This document shows positions 10,128 to 19,756 of a DNA stretch of 64,000 nucleotides, piece after piece (the first letter of the stretch is position 1; the number at the start of each line of letters is the position of its first letter). The DNA lies in the IMG/VR virus record IMGVR_UViG_3300027749_000112, positions 1,200 through 65,199 of that record; one strand, given 5' to 3'. The notes under the pieces are model-generated. The model was not told where the DNA came from. It searched no databases and saw nothing but the letters and a program-made list of their open reading frames with translations. Both the position numbers and the translations under genes were made by a program. The DNA comes from a virus. Taxonomy: Duplodnaviria; Caudoviricetes.

Positions 10128-11138
10128 TTACCACGATCCTCCTGCGCCTGCGCCACCTGTAGAGCCCCCGCCACCCACGAAACCTGGAGATGCCGATGGG
10201 CTACCTGTTGTGACAGCAGATCCTGCGCCACTGGCACTAGGGGTTTGCAATCCCATTGGCCCACTAGATGAGCCCCCTAGAGCACGGGCTGCGGCTGCAC
10301 CTGCTACAGCGGCGCCTGCATAAGATTTAGATGGTGAATTCGCCGTGGGCGTCCAGTTAGGATCGTAGATCGGCTTTGCCCAACCACCAATGCCGCCAGA
10401 GCGCCATGATTCGGTAAGTTCAAGATCCTGACCATGCTGATTAGCAGATGCTTCGGATTTGATCCAGTTTGCGTGATTGCCATCAGCCGCCACGGTAATA
10501 ACAAAAGGGAATTGCGGGGGCGTATCGATATATCCCAAGCCATACAGCTCGTCTAGTGGCAGGGAATTGCCGCTGGTCATCTTGGTGCGTTTCAAGATGG
10601 CCTGGGGAGCGTAGTATGAATCTACTCCGTAAAAAGGATTAAGGTTGCCAAAGTAAGCGCCGGACTTGTCGTACCCAGACCGCTTTCCGCTATAGGTTGG
10701 ATCGAGCGGGGGGAAGATAAGTTGCCCTTGTTGCATCGAGCCGCCGTAGGTACACAGGAATTGTTGGATCTTTGGGTGCGATCCCAATGGCGTTTGAACA
10801 ACTGTAGCGTCCATGCCGTAAATGTAATTTTTATCACCAGCAGGGCGATTGTCATCGGGGGCACATGGCATTCCAGCGAGTCCGGCTTCGTAAACCCACC
10901 TGACCACATAATAACCTTCGGGCATTTTCTGCGCTACCTTACGAACGAGGTGCCAATTAGTAAGAAGCCCTGTTGTAGCATTTGATGGGATCACAGGGTC
11001 AGCACTGGTGTGAGGATTCAATGCCTCAGCAACAAACTGCAGCGTTGCCCTACCTGGAAGGCGGATGGATAGCCTCTCAATCCTTGCCTTTGGCAAGGTT
11101 CCATGGACTACTAATGGGCCTCCGGCTGCTGAACTCAT
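10128..11138 (-). CDS. tail tip/baseplate-like protein, paralog of 11135-11893
   Basis: Shares HPKI, PxYGVxxY, LGYIxxxPP, NW, SGxGGWxxxIY with neighbour; lies after tape measure. Confidence 0.6.
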   Translation of the reverse strand: MSSAAGGPLVVHGTLPKARIERLSIRLPGRATLQFVAEALNPHTSADPVIPSNATTGLLTNWHLVRKVAQKMPEGYYVVRWVYEAGLAGMPCAPDDNRPAGDKNYIYGMDATVVQTPLGSHPKIQQFLCTYGGSMQQGQLIFPPLDPTYSGKRSGYDKSGAYFGNLNPFYGVDSYYAPQAILKRTKMTSGNSLPLDELYGLGYIDTPPQFPFVITVAADGNHANWIKSEASANQHGQDLELTESWRSGGIGGWAKPIYDPNWTPTANSPSKSYAGAAVAGAAAARALGGSSSGPMGLQTPSASGAGSAVTTGSPSASPGFVGGGGSTGGAGAGGSW

Positions 11139-11893
11139 GGCGCGTAAATAAGTGGTTCCCAGCCGCCGAAGCCGCTGAGTAGATAGTTTTTCCTTACCAC
11201 AAAAGCGTCACCAACCTGAAAAAGTCGCACTCCTGAATAAAGCCAGTTGCGTTTCATATTGGCCCCTGAAGCGGGGATAGTTCCCAGAGCGCCGGCGCCG
11301 TTCACGTCAGGGGGATCGGTAGAAATATATCCCAGCGTCGAAACGAGATCAGCCGGCAGAGCGTCTTTGGCGAAAATATTCTCGTATGAATAGCTGGCCG
11401 TGCTTGCCAGATATGTTTCAACGCCATAGAGGGGCGAGATGTTATTGACTACCGTATTGCCATTGGCTTCCAGCCCCGTGCGACCTCCTCCGGCGCCGTC
11501 AGGATCCGTCTGTTTCCAGACAAGTGTGCCACCATCCCAGCTCTGAAGGTACTTGGAAATGAAATCATTGATTTTTGGGTGAGCCGTTATTGGCTCTTGC
11601 TGAGTCTCTCCATCGATCTCTAGTACTGGAAAATCTGCAGGGAAGAAGAGATCCTTTCTAGCGCTCTGATATGTCCAAACATAGTGCGCTACACCGTCAC
11701 GGAATTCGGCCTCAATATCTGTGAGCGGCATGCCAAAAGTTGAGTTTGGCACATAGCTCAACGCCACAGGGAGGTCGTCATTGAGTAGCTGGAAAGTGCC
11801 CAGCATGGTGGAGGTCGCGGTGTATCTATCCTGCTGATAATCCCCCAGCACAATGGAAGCAACCGGCGCTCCTGTTATGGTTTGAAGGCTCAT
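11135..11893 (-). CDS. tail tip/distal-tail-like protein
   Basis: Immediately downstream of tape measure; paralogous to 10128-11138. Confidence 0.6.
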   Translation of the reverse strand: MSLQTITGAPVASIVLGDYQQDRYTATSTMLGTFQLLNDDLPVALSYVPNSTFGMPLTDIEAEFRDGVAHYVWTYQSARKDLFFPADFPVLEIDGETQQEPITAHPKINDFISKYLQSWDGGTLVWKQTDPDGAGGGRTGLEANGNTVVNNISPLYGVETYLASTASYSYENIFAKDALPADLVSTLGYISTDPPDVNGAGALGTIPASGANMKRNWLYSGVRLFQVGDAFVVRKNYLLSGFGGWEPLIYAP

Positions 11894-13956
11894 TTTTTGG
11901 CGGCTTCTGCAGTGAGTCTCTTTGCCTCTGCTGAGGCTGCTCTTACGTCCTCAAAGCCCTTGGCCGTAGTCTCTTTGATTATCCGAACAAAATCAGCGAT
12001 GTGATCAAGCTGCTTTCCGTCCGGCCCTCCAACAACACCTGCAAACCCAGCGCTTCCACCCATCCTGGCGATGTCGCTCATCTGGGGCGCCCCCTGCTCC
12101 GCAATATCGCTTTGGACTCGACTTAGCTTCACTTCGTTCGACGCAAGCAAGGAGGCGTGTTCATTGGTGTAACCCGAGCGACTGAGTTCATCAGTCCTTT
12201 TCCGCAAGGTGATTTTATCTTCAAGATCATCAGCTTCTTTCTTAAAGCCCATCCTAGCATCTTGGTTTGGCGCATACTTTTGCTGGGTTCGTAGGGCTTT
12301 GATGTTCGTTTCTACCATCATATCCCTAGATCCCTGGCCGTCCTTCGCAGTATTCAGGGCGGCCTTTTGGAAATCATTTAAGGGGCCAGCAGCTTCAGCG
12401 CTTTGATCTATAATTGCTTGAAGTGATTTCTGTCTTTCGAGGCGCTGCTCGATGGCGCGCTGCTCATTTCTTGCATTCTTGAGTTCACTGTATTTTTGCG
12501 CTGACCCATCGACGCTGAGAAACGGATCCCTATCTGGCTTGAAATCTCCCTCCTCATCTTTTCTTCCTCGGCCCAAGAATGTCCCAAATTTATTAGGCAA
12601 ATACGCATCATTCGCCTTCTTAGCCGCGCTCACTCTTTCTTTGGACTTGGCTAGGGCATCTTCTGTGTCCGAAAGCATCCCAGCAATCTGCCCTTGCGCT
12701 ACGGCTTTTGAATCAGCGCTACTTCCTGGAGCAATGGCCGTCTTCAGCGCGTCCGTTTCTTTTGCGTTAAGATCCTGATCCTCCTTGAGTCTGAGTTTTA
12801 ATTCTGCAGGGCCGGCTTGGATAGATTTCCAAAGGTCATAGAATCGAGTAGCTAGGACTGTCAGTTCGGCGGCAAGTATAGTGGTTTTGCCAGCCGCCGT
12901 TCCTATCCAGCTAGTCCATTTAGCGCCGGCCACGGCCATAAGCTGCATGGCCGTGGACACTCCCGCAATAGCTTTGATAGTGGTGTACGCCCACACTGCA
13001 AACTGACCTCCCGCAAATATCAACCTTCCAACCATTGCCCCCAAAACGGCCACAGCCACTTGCGAGAGAGTGGCGAAGGCCACCTTTAGCGTTTCCAGGA
13101 CAGGCGATGAGGAAAGCAGGTTTGCGATCCCTTCCTTGATTGATTGAATACCCCCTACAACTGGCGCAAAAGCTCCACTGCCAATGTCATTGATGGCTTC
13201 CCTTATCCTTTCAAATGCTATGGAAGCACGGGCTCCGGCCTTTGCCCCTTCTTCAAACATCTTGCCGATCTTAATGTTTTGCGCGTTCTCCATGCCGGCT
13301 AGTTGCGCTTGCAGCCCCTCAAGCGTGCCGGCCAATTCCGCCGATGCCCCCTTGGTTCTCGAAATGTCTTTTTCAAGCACCTTGAGCGAGGACGCGCTAT
13401 TTGCTCCGGCTGAAGCAAATCTTTCAATCTGAATGGCTGTGTCTTGGCTGATAACCCCCATGCTAGCCAGTTGAGACGCTGCCTCGCCTGCGCCAGCACC
13501 TCCCCGCTTCAGGCTTTCATACAGGGCTCCAAGTGACGCAGCAACATTCTGAACTGGTGCTCCCGTTGCCGCAGCCGCATCCATGGCCTTGCGAAGGTTG
13601 GCGTTGGAATTGAGAGCGGAGCCCCCAATGCTTTGAAGAACTTTTGATGCTTGTCCAAGCGATGAAAAGGAAAAGGCACTTGAAGAAGAAAGTTTGGCGA
13701 TTTGCTCCACCTTATTTCTGGCAGCCCCAGCCGCCATTCCTATCCCTTCCAGTTGTTTCTGCAGAGCCTGGGCTCCGGCGCTTGCAGACAGCGCTGCCTG
13801 CATTTTTTGGGCATTCAGAGCGGATCCCGCTAGAGCCTTTGCAAATTGCCATGCTCCGTACTCCAGCGCCGCCAAAGGGCCGATGGTATCCTTAATCATG
13901 GCGCCAGCGGAAGCTAGCATGCTCCCTGGAGCGGTTTTATCTCTATCGTCAGCCAT
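11890..13956 (-). CDS. tape measure protein (~688 aa)
   Basis: Ala/Gly-rich helical protein with central hydrophobic stretch; QLASMGVIS motif; start MADDRDK after GTTGAC-N16. Confidence 0.8.
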   Translation of the reverse strand: MADDRDKTAPGSMLASAGAMIKDTIGPLAALEYGAWQFAKALAGSALNAQKMQAALSASAGAQALQKQLEGIGMAAGAARNKVEQIAKLSSSSAFSFSSLGQASKVLQSIGGSALNSNANLRKAMDAAAATGAPVQNVAASLGALYESLKRGGAGAGEAASQLASMGVISQDTAIQIERFASAGANSASSLKVLEKDISRTKGASAELAGTLEGLQAQLAGMENAQNIKIGKMFEEGAKAGARASIAFERIREAINDIGSGAFAPVVGGIQSIKEGIANLLSSSPVLETLKVAFATLSQVAVAVLGAMVGRLIFAGGQFAVWAYTTIKAIAGVSTAMQLMAVAGAKWTSWIGTAAGKTTILAAELTVLATRFYDLWKSIQAGPAELKLRLKEDQDLNAKETDALKTAIAPGSSADSKAVAQGQIAGMLSDTEDALAKSKERVSAAKKANDAYLPNKFGTFLGRGRKDEEGDFKPDRDPFLSVDGSAQKYSELKNARNEQRAIEQRLERQKSLQAIIDQSAEAAGPLNDFQKAALNTAKDGQGSRDMMVETNIKALRTQQKYAPNQDARMGFKKEADDLEDKITLRKRTDELSRSGYTNEHASLLASNEVKLSRVQSDIAEQGAPQMSDIARMGGSAGFAGVVGGPDGKQLDHIADFVRIIKETTAKGFEDVRAASAEAKRLTAEAAKK

Positions 13957-14770
13957 ACCCCTTCGGCCTTTCGTCAACATTAGAAACAACCCTGCTCCAA
14001 TACTGCACATCTGCCTTGGCGTGGGCTAACTCAGGGGATATGCCCGGATGCTCAGCTAGAACTTCCTGTGCAATAGCATCGATGGATGCTGCTCGTTTTA
14101 CTAGGTGCCTCTCAAAGCGCATCTGATCAGTCGGCGTCCAGATTTCCGACTTACCTCCCTCCATCTGATAGAAGACCGTATTCATCCAATAAAGCTCACC
14201 GATGCCCATATTCCATGCTTCTTTGGATGAGCGGCCGGCGGACTTGCAGTAATAGGCAACAGCCTCTAGCGAGTCATCGATCTGACGGTCGGCCCCCTCG
14301 CCCATGGCAGCCTCTGCATTGGCTCCCCTTGCTTTATTCAGGTCGCCCTCGTCCTGAGTGATGGCGTAGAGGGCTTCGTAGGCTTCGGCAAGTCGCTGCT
14401 TCGATGTCGCGCAGGAACTCCAGAGCTTAGGCGGAGAGTAGTAATCGTTCAGATACTTCGTGAACTTAACCATCTCGCGATCCCACCTGGTTCCGATGTG
14501 GCAGATGTTCCACCATAATTGCCACCAACCAGGCATCTTTGCGGATGGCAGCTTGGCTGGATGAGGGTACTCGCTTTGGCACACTTGAACCGCAAGCCAG
14601 AGATCCCAGTTGCCGGCCCCGCCTAGGAGGATCTTAGAGTTTACCCATTCAAGCTGGAGCTTATGCCAGGACGAGAAAGCTTTGAGCCTCTTTCCTAGAA
14701 TCGCGTGGGACTGAGAGTGCAGAAAGGCTTCTGCAAACCTCTCATCAAAGAGGTAGGTACGCTCCTCCAT
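13949..14770 (-). CDS. putative tail assembly chaperone
   Basis: Position between tail tube and tape measure; EAWNMGIGELYW motif. Confidence 0.5.
   Translation of the reverse strand: MEERTYLFDERFAEAFLHSQSHAILGKRLKAFSSWHKLQLEWVNSKILLGGAGNWDLWLAVQVCQSEYPHPAKLPSAKMPGWWQLWWNICHIGTRWDREMVKFTKYLNDYYSPPKLWSSCATSKQRLAEAYEALYAITQDEGDLNKARGANAEAAMGEGADRQIDDSLEAVAYYCKSAGRSSKEAWNMGIGELYWMNTVFYQMEGGKSEIWTPTDQMRFERHLVKRAASIDAIAQEVLAEHPGISPELAHAKADVQYWSRVVSNVDERPKGYG
13954..13978 (-). promoter_or_regulatory. GTTGAC-N16-ATG motif
   Basis: GTTGAC GAAAGGCCGAAGGGGT ATG. Confidence 0.75.
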
Positions 14771-14779
14771 AAAGGAGGA

Positions 14780-15145
14780 TTAAGCACCACCGCCACCACC
14801 ACCACTACCACCGCCGGACTCGACTGCTTTTCCAGTAACGCTAGCTTTGGCGAAATCTTCAGCCGTAGCCTTGAGGTTGGAAGAAACGATCTTTCCAGAG
14901 ATTCCGGCAACGGTTATGGCGCCAGAAAGGGCCGGAGGCGCAAACGTGCTGACATATCCGGTGGCGGAAAGGGTTCCCACTTTCTTGCCAATTAGCATTG
15001 CCTTGAGTTCACCTTGGCCGTCCTTAGCCTGAACGATTGTCTTAAATTCGACTTCAGCCGATGACGACGTGACTTCGCTGAGGCCAGCTACGGTAGCCGT
15101 ATTGCCAACGGCCGCGCTTGTTCCTGCAATAGTAGTGAGAGCCAT
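14780..15145 (-). CDS. tail tube-like protein (paralog 2)
   Basis: 121 aa beta-rich; SATGY...EDFAKASVTG matches upstream SVTGY...EDFTKVTYEG. Confidence 0.6.
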   Translation of the reverse strand: MALTTIAGTSAAVGNTATVAGLSEVTSSSAEVEFKTIVQAKDGQGELKAMLIGKKVGTLSATGYVSTFAPPALSGAITVAGISGKIVSSNLKATAEDFAKASVTGKAVESGGGSGGGGGGA

Positions 15146-15149
15146 GAGA

Positions 15150-15521
15150 TTAGAGGGTAGGAGCGCCTAGTCCTTCGTAAGTGACCTTGGTGAAGTCTTC
15201 GTTGGACTGAGAGGTGCTGATTTTTGTTGGATAGATATTGCCAAGCCCAGCGACTGGGTGAGTGAAGGTGCCGGAAGAAGTTAGGTCGCCAAAAGCAGCG
15301 GTGGCGCTTCCGTATCCGGTAACAGATACCTTCTGGATTTCTCCGCCAATCAAGACATCATCAAGGGCGCCATCGGAAGTCATGTGATCGATTTGGATCG
15401 AATACTCGCGGTCGGCAGTGAACTCGATTACGTCAATGCCAGCGGGGCCGGTTGCGGTTGCTCCATTATTGACGCCAAAGGCCCAATTTTTAGTTCCGAG
15501 CTTAGAAATTGCAGTTGCCAT
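15150..15521 (-). CDS. tail tube-like protein (paralog 1)
   Basis: Start MATAISK after GTTGAC-N16; synteny after head-tail genes. Confidence 0.6.
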   Translation of the reverse strand: MATAISKLGTKNWAFGVNNGATATGPAGIDVIEFTADREYSIQIDHMTSDGALDDVLIGGEIQKVSVTGYGSATAAFGDLTSSGTFTHPVAGLGNIYPTKISTSQSNEDFTKVTYEGLGAPTL

Positions 15522-15543
15522 ACCTCTTGATGGGTTCGTCAAC
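15519..15543 (-). promoter_or_regulatory. GTTGAC-N16-ATG motif
   Basis: GTTGAC GAACCCATCAAGAGGT ATG. Confidence 0.75.
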
Positions 15544-15944
15544 TACAACGCTGACGCCCCAACCTTCAGCTCCAGGATCTCTGCGCGAGAACGGGACGCA
15601 ACCTCAGAGCGTTGTGCTGGGAAGGAGCTTCCATAGATCAGAAGGGTTGCGCTTTCGTAGCCATTTAGGGGCTCACCTGCAGTTGTGGCCCAATCATGCA
15701 GGATTCGCACTGCCCCCTGTGCCCATGACACAGGATAGCCGTCCACGGGAGCCACTACACGAAGCTCTAAAGAGACAAGGAAGCGTGACCCCCTAGGATC
15801 AGCATTGCCAGCAACGACGCTGACATAGCGATCTGGACGCTCGGCATCGGCGGCCCCAGCAAAGGTTGGAACATCGAGTATTCCAGCGTTATTCAGAAAT
15901 GCCGCCAACTCGCCCTCCAATGCAGCTCGTACATCAAGGCTCAT
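15543..15944 (-). CDS. putative tail terminator/completion protein
   Basis: 133 aa, synteny between head-tail joiner and tail tube. Confidence 0.5.
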   Translation of the reverse strand: MSLDVRAALEGELAAFLNNAGILDVPTFAGAADAERPDRYVSVVAGNADPRGSRFLVSLELRVVAPVDGYPVSWAQGAVRILHDWATTAGEPLNGYESATLLIYGSSFPAQRSEVASRSRAEILELKVGASAL

Positions 15945-16297
15945 TAGAATTCAGCTCTCCCAGTGCCGGCCGTGGACTCGCAATGGAGAGCGAGCGTGCT
16001 GCCAAGGTTCTTCATGAAGACGATACGGAAGACCCCTGGTGATGCCCCTAGATTGATCGTGACCGGCATCCCGACCGAAAGGCCTCCCCATGCGGCTCCT
16101 GCAGTCAGGTCGGAAAGGCGAACCTCTACCCGTAGGGACTCAGTACGCGAGATGCCTCCATATTGGTCTACCTGCTGCCCTTTGGATTCAGGAGACACAA
16201 CACCGGTCACTGCATGCGTGCCGACCAGGATGGCCTCTCCGCACTCAGCAAAGGCCGAGTCATCAGACAAGGCAAGGGCTGCATCGAAGGGGCTCAT
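15944..16297 (-). CDS. head-tail joining protein (gpFII-like)
   Basis: 117 aa, MSPFDAALA...FAECGEAI start, beta-rich; follows capsid gene. Confidence 0.6.
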   Translation of the reverse strand: MSPFDAALALSDDSAFAECGEAILVGTHAVTGVVSPESKGQQVDQYGGISRTESLRVEVRLSDLTAGAAWGGLSVGMPVTINLGASPGVFRIVFMKNLGSTLALHCESTAGTGRAEF

Positions 16298-16320
16298 ATT
16301 CTCTTACCCCTTTCGTCAAC
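16295..16320 (-). promoter_or_regulatory. GTTGAC-N17-ATG motif
   Basis: GTTGAC GAAAGGGGTAAGAGAAT ATG, just downstream of a terminator. Confidence 0.75.
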
Positions 16321-16327
16321 AGGCACG

Positions 16328-16361
16328 AAAAAGCCCTCCGGTTACTAGAACCAGAGGGCTT
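16328..16361 (-). terminator. rho-independent terminator after capsid/tRNA
   Basis: Minus strand GCCCTCTGGTT-CTAGT-AACCGGAGGGC followed by TTTTT. Confidence 0.8.
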
Positions 16362-16384
16362 AATCTATGCGACCTACACAAAAG

Positions 16385-16458
16385 TGACAGAGGTTGGATT
16401 TGAACCAACGGCCTTCACGGTATGAGCGTGACGAGCTACCAGGCTGCTCTACTCTGTG
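16385..16458 (-). tRNA. tRNA-Met(CAT), initiator-like body, no encoded CCA
   Basis: CACAGAGTAGAGCAGCCTGGTAGCTCGTCACGCTCATACCGTGAAGGCCGTTGGTTCAAATCCAACCTCTGTCA folds as a cloverleaf; C1:C72 mismatch, A11-U24, TTCAA T-loop. Confidence 0.9.
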
Positions 16459-16471
16459 TTAATTGTTCAGT

Positions 16472-17428
16472 TTAGGCCCACTGAGTACCGATCAGGTATC
16501 CAGCATTTGGGTTGATGATCTTGGTGACACGGTTGCTGCGAACGCGGATTTTGTCTCCACGGCGAGCCTCGTCACGATACTGATCAGTAGTGAAGAGACC
16601 GCCTTCGCTATCTCCGTCCCAGATGATCGTGCGACCAACACCGCCGGCCATGAAGTCTCCACCCTGGACATCTCCAAGGAACATGTAGTTATTGCCCCAG
16701 ACAGGGAGGATGTTCGTCTTGCCCTTAATGGCGTTGTCGTAAGTCTTGCGAGCCACGATGACGTTAGGGATGCCGAAAGCATCTCCGAGCACCTGAGTGG
16801 TGATATTCGATCCACCCTGAGTCGTGTTCAGGAAGCCATACAGATAGGTCTGCATGAGCTTGCTGCGCTTGATGCGGTTGAAGAGAGAGAGTGAGAGAAC
16901 AAGGGTGTTCGGGGTCTCACCAACGCTCGACAGGGACTCAAGAGCCGCATTGATGTCCTGGGGAACGTCAATGGTGTTCAGATTAGCCTCGGTGTATGCG
17001 ACCGAACCGTTGGTGGCCGTGAACTGAGAGGGATCCATGATCGTCTGAGCACAGGCAAGCTCGTAATCAAGCATCACCTTCTGCATGCAGAAATCTGCAG
17101 TGATCATCTCGGCGTCGAAGAAGTCTTTCATCTCCTTCTTAACCTTGTCGTCCACACGCTTCTCGTGGCCGTACTCAGAAGTCGTGTAGCTGTCCCACTC
17201 GAAGGACTCGTCGCTCTCGTTGTAAGTACCGGTAGCGTTGCGGAGCTGGCTCTGATTCTTCAGAAGCTCACCCTTGGCGATACGGAACTTAGGATAACGG
17301 CCGACTTCCTTTGGGCTGTCATAGACAGGGAGGAGGAGCTGACCGATATAGTGCTCTTTCTGATGCACGGCCTCCATGAGGAGAGTGCTGATGTCCTGAC
17401 GAGGTACTGAATCTGTTGTATTGAACAT
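16472..17428 (-). CDS. major capsid protein
   Basis: 318 aa after scaffold and decoration genes; TPNTLVLS, VWGNN, NPNAGYLI motifs of lambda GpE-like capsids. Confidence 0.85.
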   Translation of the reverse strand: MFNTTDSVPRQDISTLLMEAVHQKEHYIGQLLLPVYDSPKEVGRYPKFRIAKGELLKNQSQLRNATGTYNESDESFEWDSYTTSEYGHEKRVDDKVKKEMKDFFDAEMITADFCMQKVMLDYELACAQTIMDPSQFTATNGSVAYTEANLNTIDVPQDINAALESLSSVGETPNTLVLSLSLFNRIKRSKLMQTYLYGFLNTTQGGSNITTQVLGDAFGIPNVIVARKTYDNAIKGKTNILPVWGNNYMFLGDVQGGDFMAGGVGRTIIWDGDSEGGLFTTDQYRDEARRGDKIRVRSNRVTKIINPNAGYLIGTQWA

Positions 17429-17457
17429 TGTAGTGTTTTCCTAGTTGAGTTGATTGA

Positions 17458-17817
17458 TTAGATGAACAAGACGCGAATCTGGCCGCCTCCATTGCTGCCT
17501 GCAGGAGCGGACTCCCAGGCGATTGCGACCGAAGCACCAGTTGTCTTCTTGACAAGCGTTCCGTTGGCGGACTGCTCAAGCAGATCGCCGGATGCGATTG
17601 CCGTTGCGTTTCCGACCTGAGCGAAGGAAAGACCATTGGCTTTAGTGAGGAACACTGCGGCAGCAGCACCGGTGACGGCGCCACGGACAAGGGTTCCGAT
17701 GACTAGATCAGAAGCACCTGCGACATCGACGCCGGTAGCAGTGATCTTGAGGAGGACTCCCTCTTTCCCCGAAAGGTCAGAAGCAGCGATTGCAGAAACA
17801 ACAGTATTGTAGTTCAT
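17458..17817 (-). CDS. head decoration/capsid cement protein
   Basis: 119 aa Ala/Gly-rich, AIASGDLLEQSANG...AIAWESA...IRVL; between scaffold and capsid. Confidence 0.75.
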   Translation of the reverse strand: MNYNTVVSAIAASDLSGKEGVLLKITATGVDVAGASDLVIGTLVRGAVTGAAAAVFLTKANGLSFAQVGNATAIASGDLLEQSANGTLVKKTTGASVAIAWESAPAGSNGGGQIRVLFI

Positions 17818-17841
17818 GGTTTTTTTATTTGGGGTTGAGGA

Positions 17842-19146
17842 TTAGAGAGAACGGCCTTCGTTCTTCATGGAGAGATACTTGGCGTGGGCCTCGGGGCTCT
17901 CCTTGTGAGCGAGGCGGATTGCCTCGGCTGCGGTTTTGCCGTTCGCTTTATGCTTAATGACAGTCTTCTCGAACTCGGTGATGTCCTCGTTGGAGTTGCT
18001 GAAAACAGCTTCTCCAGTTGCAGAGAATGCAACGGGGCGGGTTCCGGTACGAAGGGCGTGGGCCTGGGCGTCGCAACGAGTTGCGAGCTTGGCATTCAGC
18101 TCTTTGAGTGAGGCGTTCTCGCTGGAAAGCTCGGTGAGCTTGCCTTCGATGGCGGCGAAATGATGCTCGATGAGTGCGTTCTCACTTGCGGCGTCTTCGC
18201 GATCGAAGCGGGAAGAGAGTTCACGAACTGCACCTTGGAGGGCGGAGAACTCACCGGAAGCTGCACCAACTGCGGCGCCTGCTTCGGCTGGAGCACCTTC
18301 ACCTTCTGCAGCCTCTTCGGCTGGAGTCTCGGACTCTTCGTGACCATTGAGAGCTTCGGCCTGGAGGCCGTGGATGCCAGCAGCGTCCTCTTCGGAGATG
18401 TGACCCTCCTGGACAAGCGTGGCGATCTGCTCATGAGTGAGGGTCAGAAGATCCTCAATGGTGATGTCTTCGTCCTGCTCGTTCTGCTCATCCTGGGGAG
18501 CCTCTTGCAAGGCCTCCTGAAGCTGGGCGTTGAGTTGCTCCTGCGCTTCAAGGCGGCCCTGAAGAGAGGTGAGTTGCGCGAGCACGTCCTGGAGGGAGGG
18601 CTCGGCTTGGATAGCTGGGTTGTTAGTAGTGCTCATGTGAGTTTCATTTAGGTGTGACGTGTCAACGGAGGAGCTGAATACCGCCTCCAGTAATCCGTTC
18701 GGATTCGCAGCGGGATTCGCCACGACATCCACGGAAATTAGCTCCTTACAACGAGCGGCCGTCTTGCCGTCAGCCCTCTTCTCATCATCGCCCATGAAGG
18801 CGGCAGAGAGGCCGATGCACTCAGGCATACGGGTAGCAAGTTCAATGGCCTGCTCGTATTGGGCGTGTGATTTGAGGAGATGCCAGTCACCCAAGAGGCG
18901 GTTGCCCTCGATGTGGAAATCCGAGAGGTAGCCGCAAACTGCGTCGGCTCCGCTCCGGTGATTCCACTTGACCGGCACCTTACCCATCTTCTGGGCGCAT
19001 TCCTTGAGCTGAGTCAGCGTCTTCATGTCCACTTCGAGGTCATGCCCTCGTGCCGTAACGCCGCCCGTTATGATCGATACGTCATGGATGACGCCTGAGA
19101 GGGAATCAACACGACCAATAAGCTGCTGAAAAAACTTTGCTTCCAT
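17842..19146 (-). CDS. prohead protease fused to scaffolding domain
   Basis: VKWNH (His), IGLSAAF (Ser), SVDVVANPAANP (Asp); acidic coiled-coil C-terminus; start MEAKFF after GTTGAC-N16; possible internal start MSTTNN at 18636. Confidence 0.8.
   Translation of the reverse strand: MEAKFFQQLIGRVDSLSGVIHDVSIITGGVTARGHDLEVDMKTLTQLKECAQKMGKVPVKWNHRSGADAVCGYLSDFHIEGNRLLGDWHLLKSHAQYEQAIELATRMPECIGLSAAFMGDDEKRADGKTAARCKELISVDVVANPAANPNGLLEAVFSSSVDTSHLNETHMSTTNNPAIQAEPSLQDVLAQLTSLQGRLEAQEQLNAQLQEALQEAPQDEQNEQDEDITIEDLLTLTHEQIATLVQEGHISEEDAAGIHGLQAEALNGHEESETPAEEAAEGEGAPAEAGAAVGAASGEFSALQGAVRELSSRFDREDAASENALIEHHFAAIEGKLTELSSENASLKELNAKLATRCDAQAHALRTGTRPVAFSATGEAVFSNSNEDITEFEKTVIKHKANGKTAAEAIRLAHKESPEAHAKYLSMKNEGRSL
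18634..18666 (-). promoter_or_regulatory. GTTGAC motif upstream of internal scaffold start
   Basis: GTTGAC at 18666-18661, in-frame ATG (MSTTNN) 24 nt later. Confidence 0.55.
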
Positions 19147-19168
19147 GCCCAAAGGGGCATGCGTCAAC
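19144..19168 (-). promoter_or_regulatory. GTTGAC-N16-ATG motif
   Basis: GTTGAC GCATGCCCCTTTGGGC ATG. Confidence 0.75.
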
Positions 19169-19181
19169 TGGCTACCCAGCG

Positions 19182-19730
19182 CTAGGACTGGTTACTAAGC
19201 GCCCGCTTGAGCGCGCTATGGTGATGAATGGCGTCGGCAAGCTCTCCAATAGCGGTGCCTACTAATGCAGGTGCGATCGGATTGCCTACCGGTGCTCCAA
19301 GCACGGCTCCGGCACCGGCCCCAATGTACTTCCCAGCATTGCGCTTTAGGTGCGCTGCAACTCCCTCTCCTTTCTTGAGGCGAACCATAACATCATTGCC
19401 TAGCGTACCGGCTTCAATGCCATCATAGGCCTTAGCAAACTCCTTGGCCTCGCATTTAGCCGAAAGCTCTACGAGAAGCCGCAGGAAGTCATTGCCCATC
19501 ATGGTCGAGGATCCAGGTGAACTATTCGGCACTGTAGTTTCGACGCCACGGGCGACATTGCCTTTGCGGCGGATCCTATCCATTACCGGCGAGACTTGGG
19601 ATTGCTCCACCTGTTTACGCTGCTGGATGATGGCTGGATTGTAGGCTGCCTGCATGGTGCCCGACCCGATACCATCACCGGCTTCTGGGGAGAACTGACC
19701 TTCGGGGTTGCGGGGGCGGGAATCAGCCAT
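19182..19730 (-). CDS. putative internal head (cargo) protein with glycine zipper
   Basis: N-terminal RPRNPEGQF, LVELSAKCEAKEFA motif, GAGAGAVLGA glycine zipper. Confidence 0.65.
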   Translation of the reverse strand: MADSRPRNPEGQFSPEAGDGIGSGTMQAAYNPAIIQQRKQVEQSQVSPVMDRIRRKGNVARGVETTVPNSSPGSSTMMGNDFLRLLVELSAKCEAKEFAKAYDGIEAGTLGNDVMVRLKKGEGVAAHLKRNAGKYIGAGAGAVLGAPVGNPIAPALVGTAIGELADAIHHHSALKRALSNQS

Positions 19731-19756
19731 GGCAGTATGTTTGCTGGAATTGGAAA

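Noticed and set aside
13949-14770. Lambda G/GT-type programmed frameshift in the tail chaperone
   Set aside because: A single continuous ORF fills the space up to the tape measure gene; no second frame is needed.
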